NCBI GenBank assembly: GCA_963666365.2
Contig: CAXXNF010000002.1
Coordinates: 1,376,001-1,440,000 of the forward strand
Direction of reading: 5' to 3'
Length of the DNA: 64,000 nt
Source of the DNA: Syntrophales bacterium
Lineage (GTDB): Bacteria > Desulfobacterota > Syntrophia > Syntrophales > UBA2210
This document shows, piece by piece, positions 62,852 to 64,000 of the stretch. The stretch's first letter is position 1. Every line of letters begins with the position of its first letter. Under the pieces are notes generated by a model, which had not been told where the DNA came from, made no database searches, and was given only the letters and a program-made list of their open reading frames with translations. A program made the translations under genes and the position numbers.

Positions 62852-64000
62852 TCATGCATACAGCCGTCTATCATAATCACTGAGGGTAATCCCCAGTTGA
62901 TCGAAGATATTTTCCTGAATCATGTATCGGTAAAAATCCGATTTGACTCCCCTCTGCAACATCTCTTCCTGCCGGTACCACTCCCTGTTGCAGAAGTGGG
63001 GAATTTCCTTCCCGGCCGCAAGCGTCCTGTAGAGATCGAGAAACCTCGGCAGGTTGACGCCGATATCGGTATTGGCAAGCACCCATTCCCTCGATTTTCT
63101 GCCCAGTTCCTCATAACGGCCATCGCGTTTCATTGCGATGCAATCCATGATCGTGTCTTTAAAGACGCCCTTCACTATATTGATGATCGGCGGATAATTG
63201 CGCCGTTCCTCCCACTCGCTCCCCTGATAGACCAGTACGGGAATCTCCCAGCACATCATCTCGTTTCCGAAAAGACCGAAGGTGCCGCCGGCGATCTGAT
63301 CGATGGCAAAATCGGCATAGGCGTACTTCTCTTTGGCCTTCGCCGTCGGCATCCCGCTTACATAGATAAGCTCAATGGGCATCCCCTCGTTTTTGCACTC
63401 TTCCAGCAATTCGACAATGATCTTGGTCCCTTTTTTCCAGCCCGTTGAGGGAGCGTGCAGGAAATAGGTCTTTCCGGGATCCTTGTCGACAAGATTTTTT
63501 TCGATAAGCCGCTGCTTTTCCTCAAGGGTCCACTCAAGAGGGTCGATGAGACCGTATATCATCAGCGAACGGGGGATATAGGGATCTCCCAGCATTACAT
63601 GGGCATAGCGGTTTATCGTCTTGTGCGCGACGTAGTGTTTGAAAGTAAAGGTATAGGGCGGGGGCGGATCGTAGCCGAGAAACTTTGCCGTGTTGTAGAG
63701 CAGGCATTCGGGCCCCCGCATGTCGCTCCCCCAGAAGGAAAAGAGTATTTTTTTATCCCTGCGTCTCAGTTCCTCCAGATCGCGCAGGTCCGGATAGAGT
63801 GAGTGGGCAAAATGAAAATGAAATATGTCATACTCGTCAATTGTTTGACGGGCGAAGGCATCGATCGCCGCCCCCTTTTTCTCCTGGGGCAGACTGTTGA
63901 TGTTCAAGTTGATGTCGCATTGATATTGCAGCCAGGAATCATAATAGTTCGCACTCACGGCATGCACCCCCCGGGCCCTGAGATACCGCGTGATCCTCGC
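62852..64000 (-). CDS. 5'-truncated glycosyltransferase-like (GT-B) protein
   Basis: Frame open to window end; YDIFHFHF, FWGSDMR, HAPS-KKGT, ADFAIDQ-G-FG-E-M-IPV pattern typical of GT-B proteins in glycosylation loci. Confidence 0.65.
   Translation of the reverse strand, partial: ARITRYLRARGVHAVSANYYDSWLQYQCDINLNINSLPQEKKGAAIDAFARQTIDEYDIFHFHFAHSLYPDLRDLEELRRRDKKILFSFWGSDMRGPECLLYNTAKFLGYDPPPPYTFTFKHYVAHKTINRYAHVMLGDPYIPRSLMIYGLIDPLEWTLEEKQRLIEKNLVDKDPGKTYFLHAPSTGWKKGTKIIVELLEECKNEGMPIELIYVSGMPTAKAKEKYAYADFAIDQIAGGTFGLFGNEMMCWEIPVLVYQGSEWEERRNYPPIINIVKGVFKDTIMDCIAMKRDGRYEELGRKSREWVLANTDIGVNLPRFLDLYRTLAAGKEIPHFCNREWYRQEEMLQRGVKSDFYRYMIQENIFDQLGITLSDYDRRLYA

Overview
Bacterial chromosomal segment whose gene content and order (split F1/b-b' ATP synthase operon, DVU0524-family gene, stand-alone GlmU-like acetyltransferase, pgpA-cinA-thpR-recA-recX-alaS) point to an anaerobic deltaproteobacterium, plausibly Syntrophales-like (inference). 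Left part: housekeeping genes (mnmG with a divergent TIGR01212 radical SAM gene, alaS, recA operon, atp, mre/mrd, PpiD-like) interleaved with accessory blocks (PAS-LuxR regulator plus two paralogous flavocytochrome-c-type flavoproteins; dinB; QueG-like plus cupin pair; SpeD-SpeE fusion; putative Na+/H+ antiporter). Right part: a motility/c-di-GMP signalling region (sigma-54 activator, HD-GYP, PilZ, HDOD, kinase, complete che cluster) with recognisable sigma-28 and sigma-54 promoters, followed by a glycan-modification cluster running off the window end. No rRNA, tRNA, CRISPR array or transposase was found. Best leads: (1) a sugar-amination module where the NAD-dependent Gfo/Idh/MocA dehydrogenase looks catalytically degenerate while a BtrN-like radical SAM/twitch enzyme overlaps the PLP aminotransferase gene; (2) a CheA carrying a tandem MshEN-like (c-di-GMP-binding) motif where P2 normally sits; (3) a perfect GAAC-N4-GTTC palindrome (Gram-positive-type LexA box) in the dinB / recA-operon divergent promoter; (4) a cytoplasmic plus Tat-exported flavoprotein pair with no neighbouring cytochrome; (5) a REPIN-like palindromic repeat family that supplies gene stop codons. 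All functional assignments come from motif recognition by eye; no database search was run.
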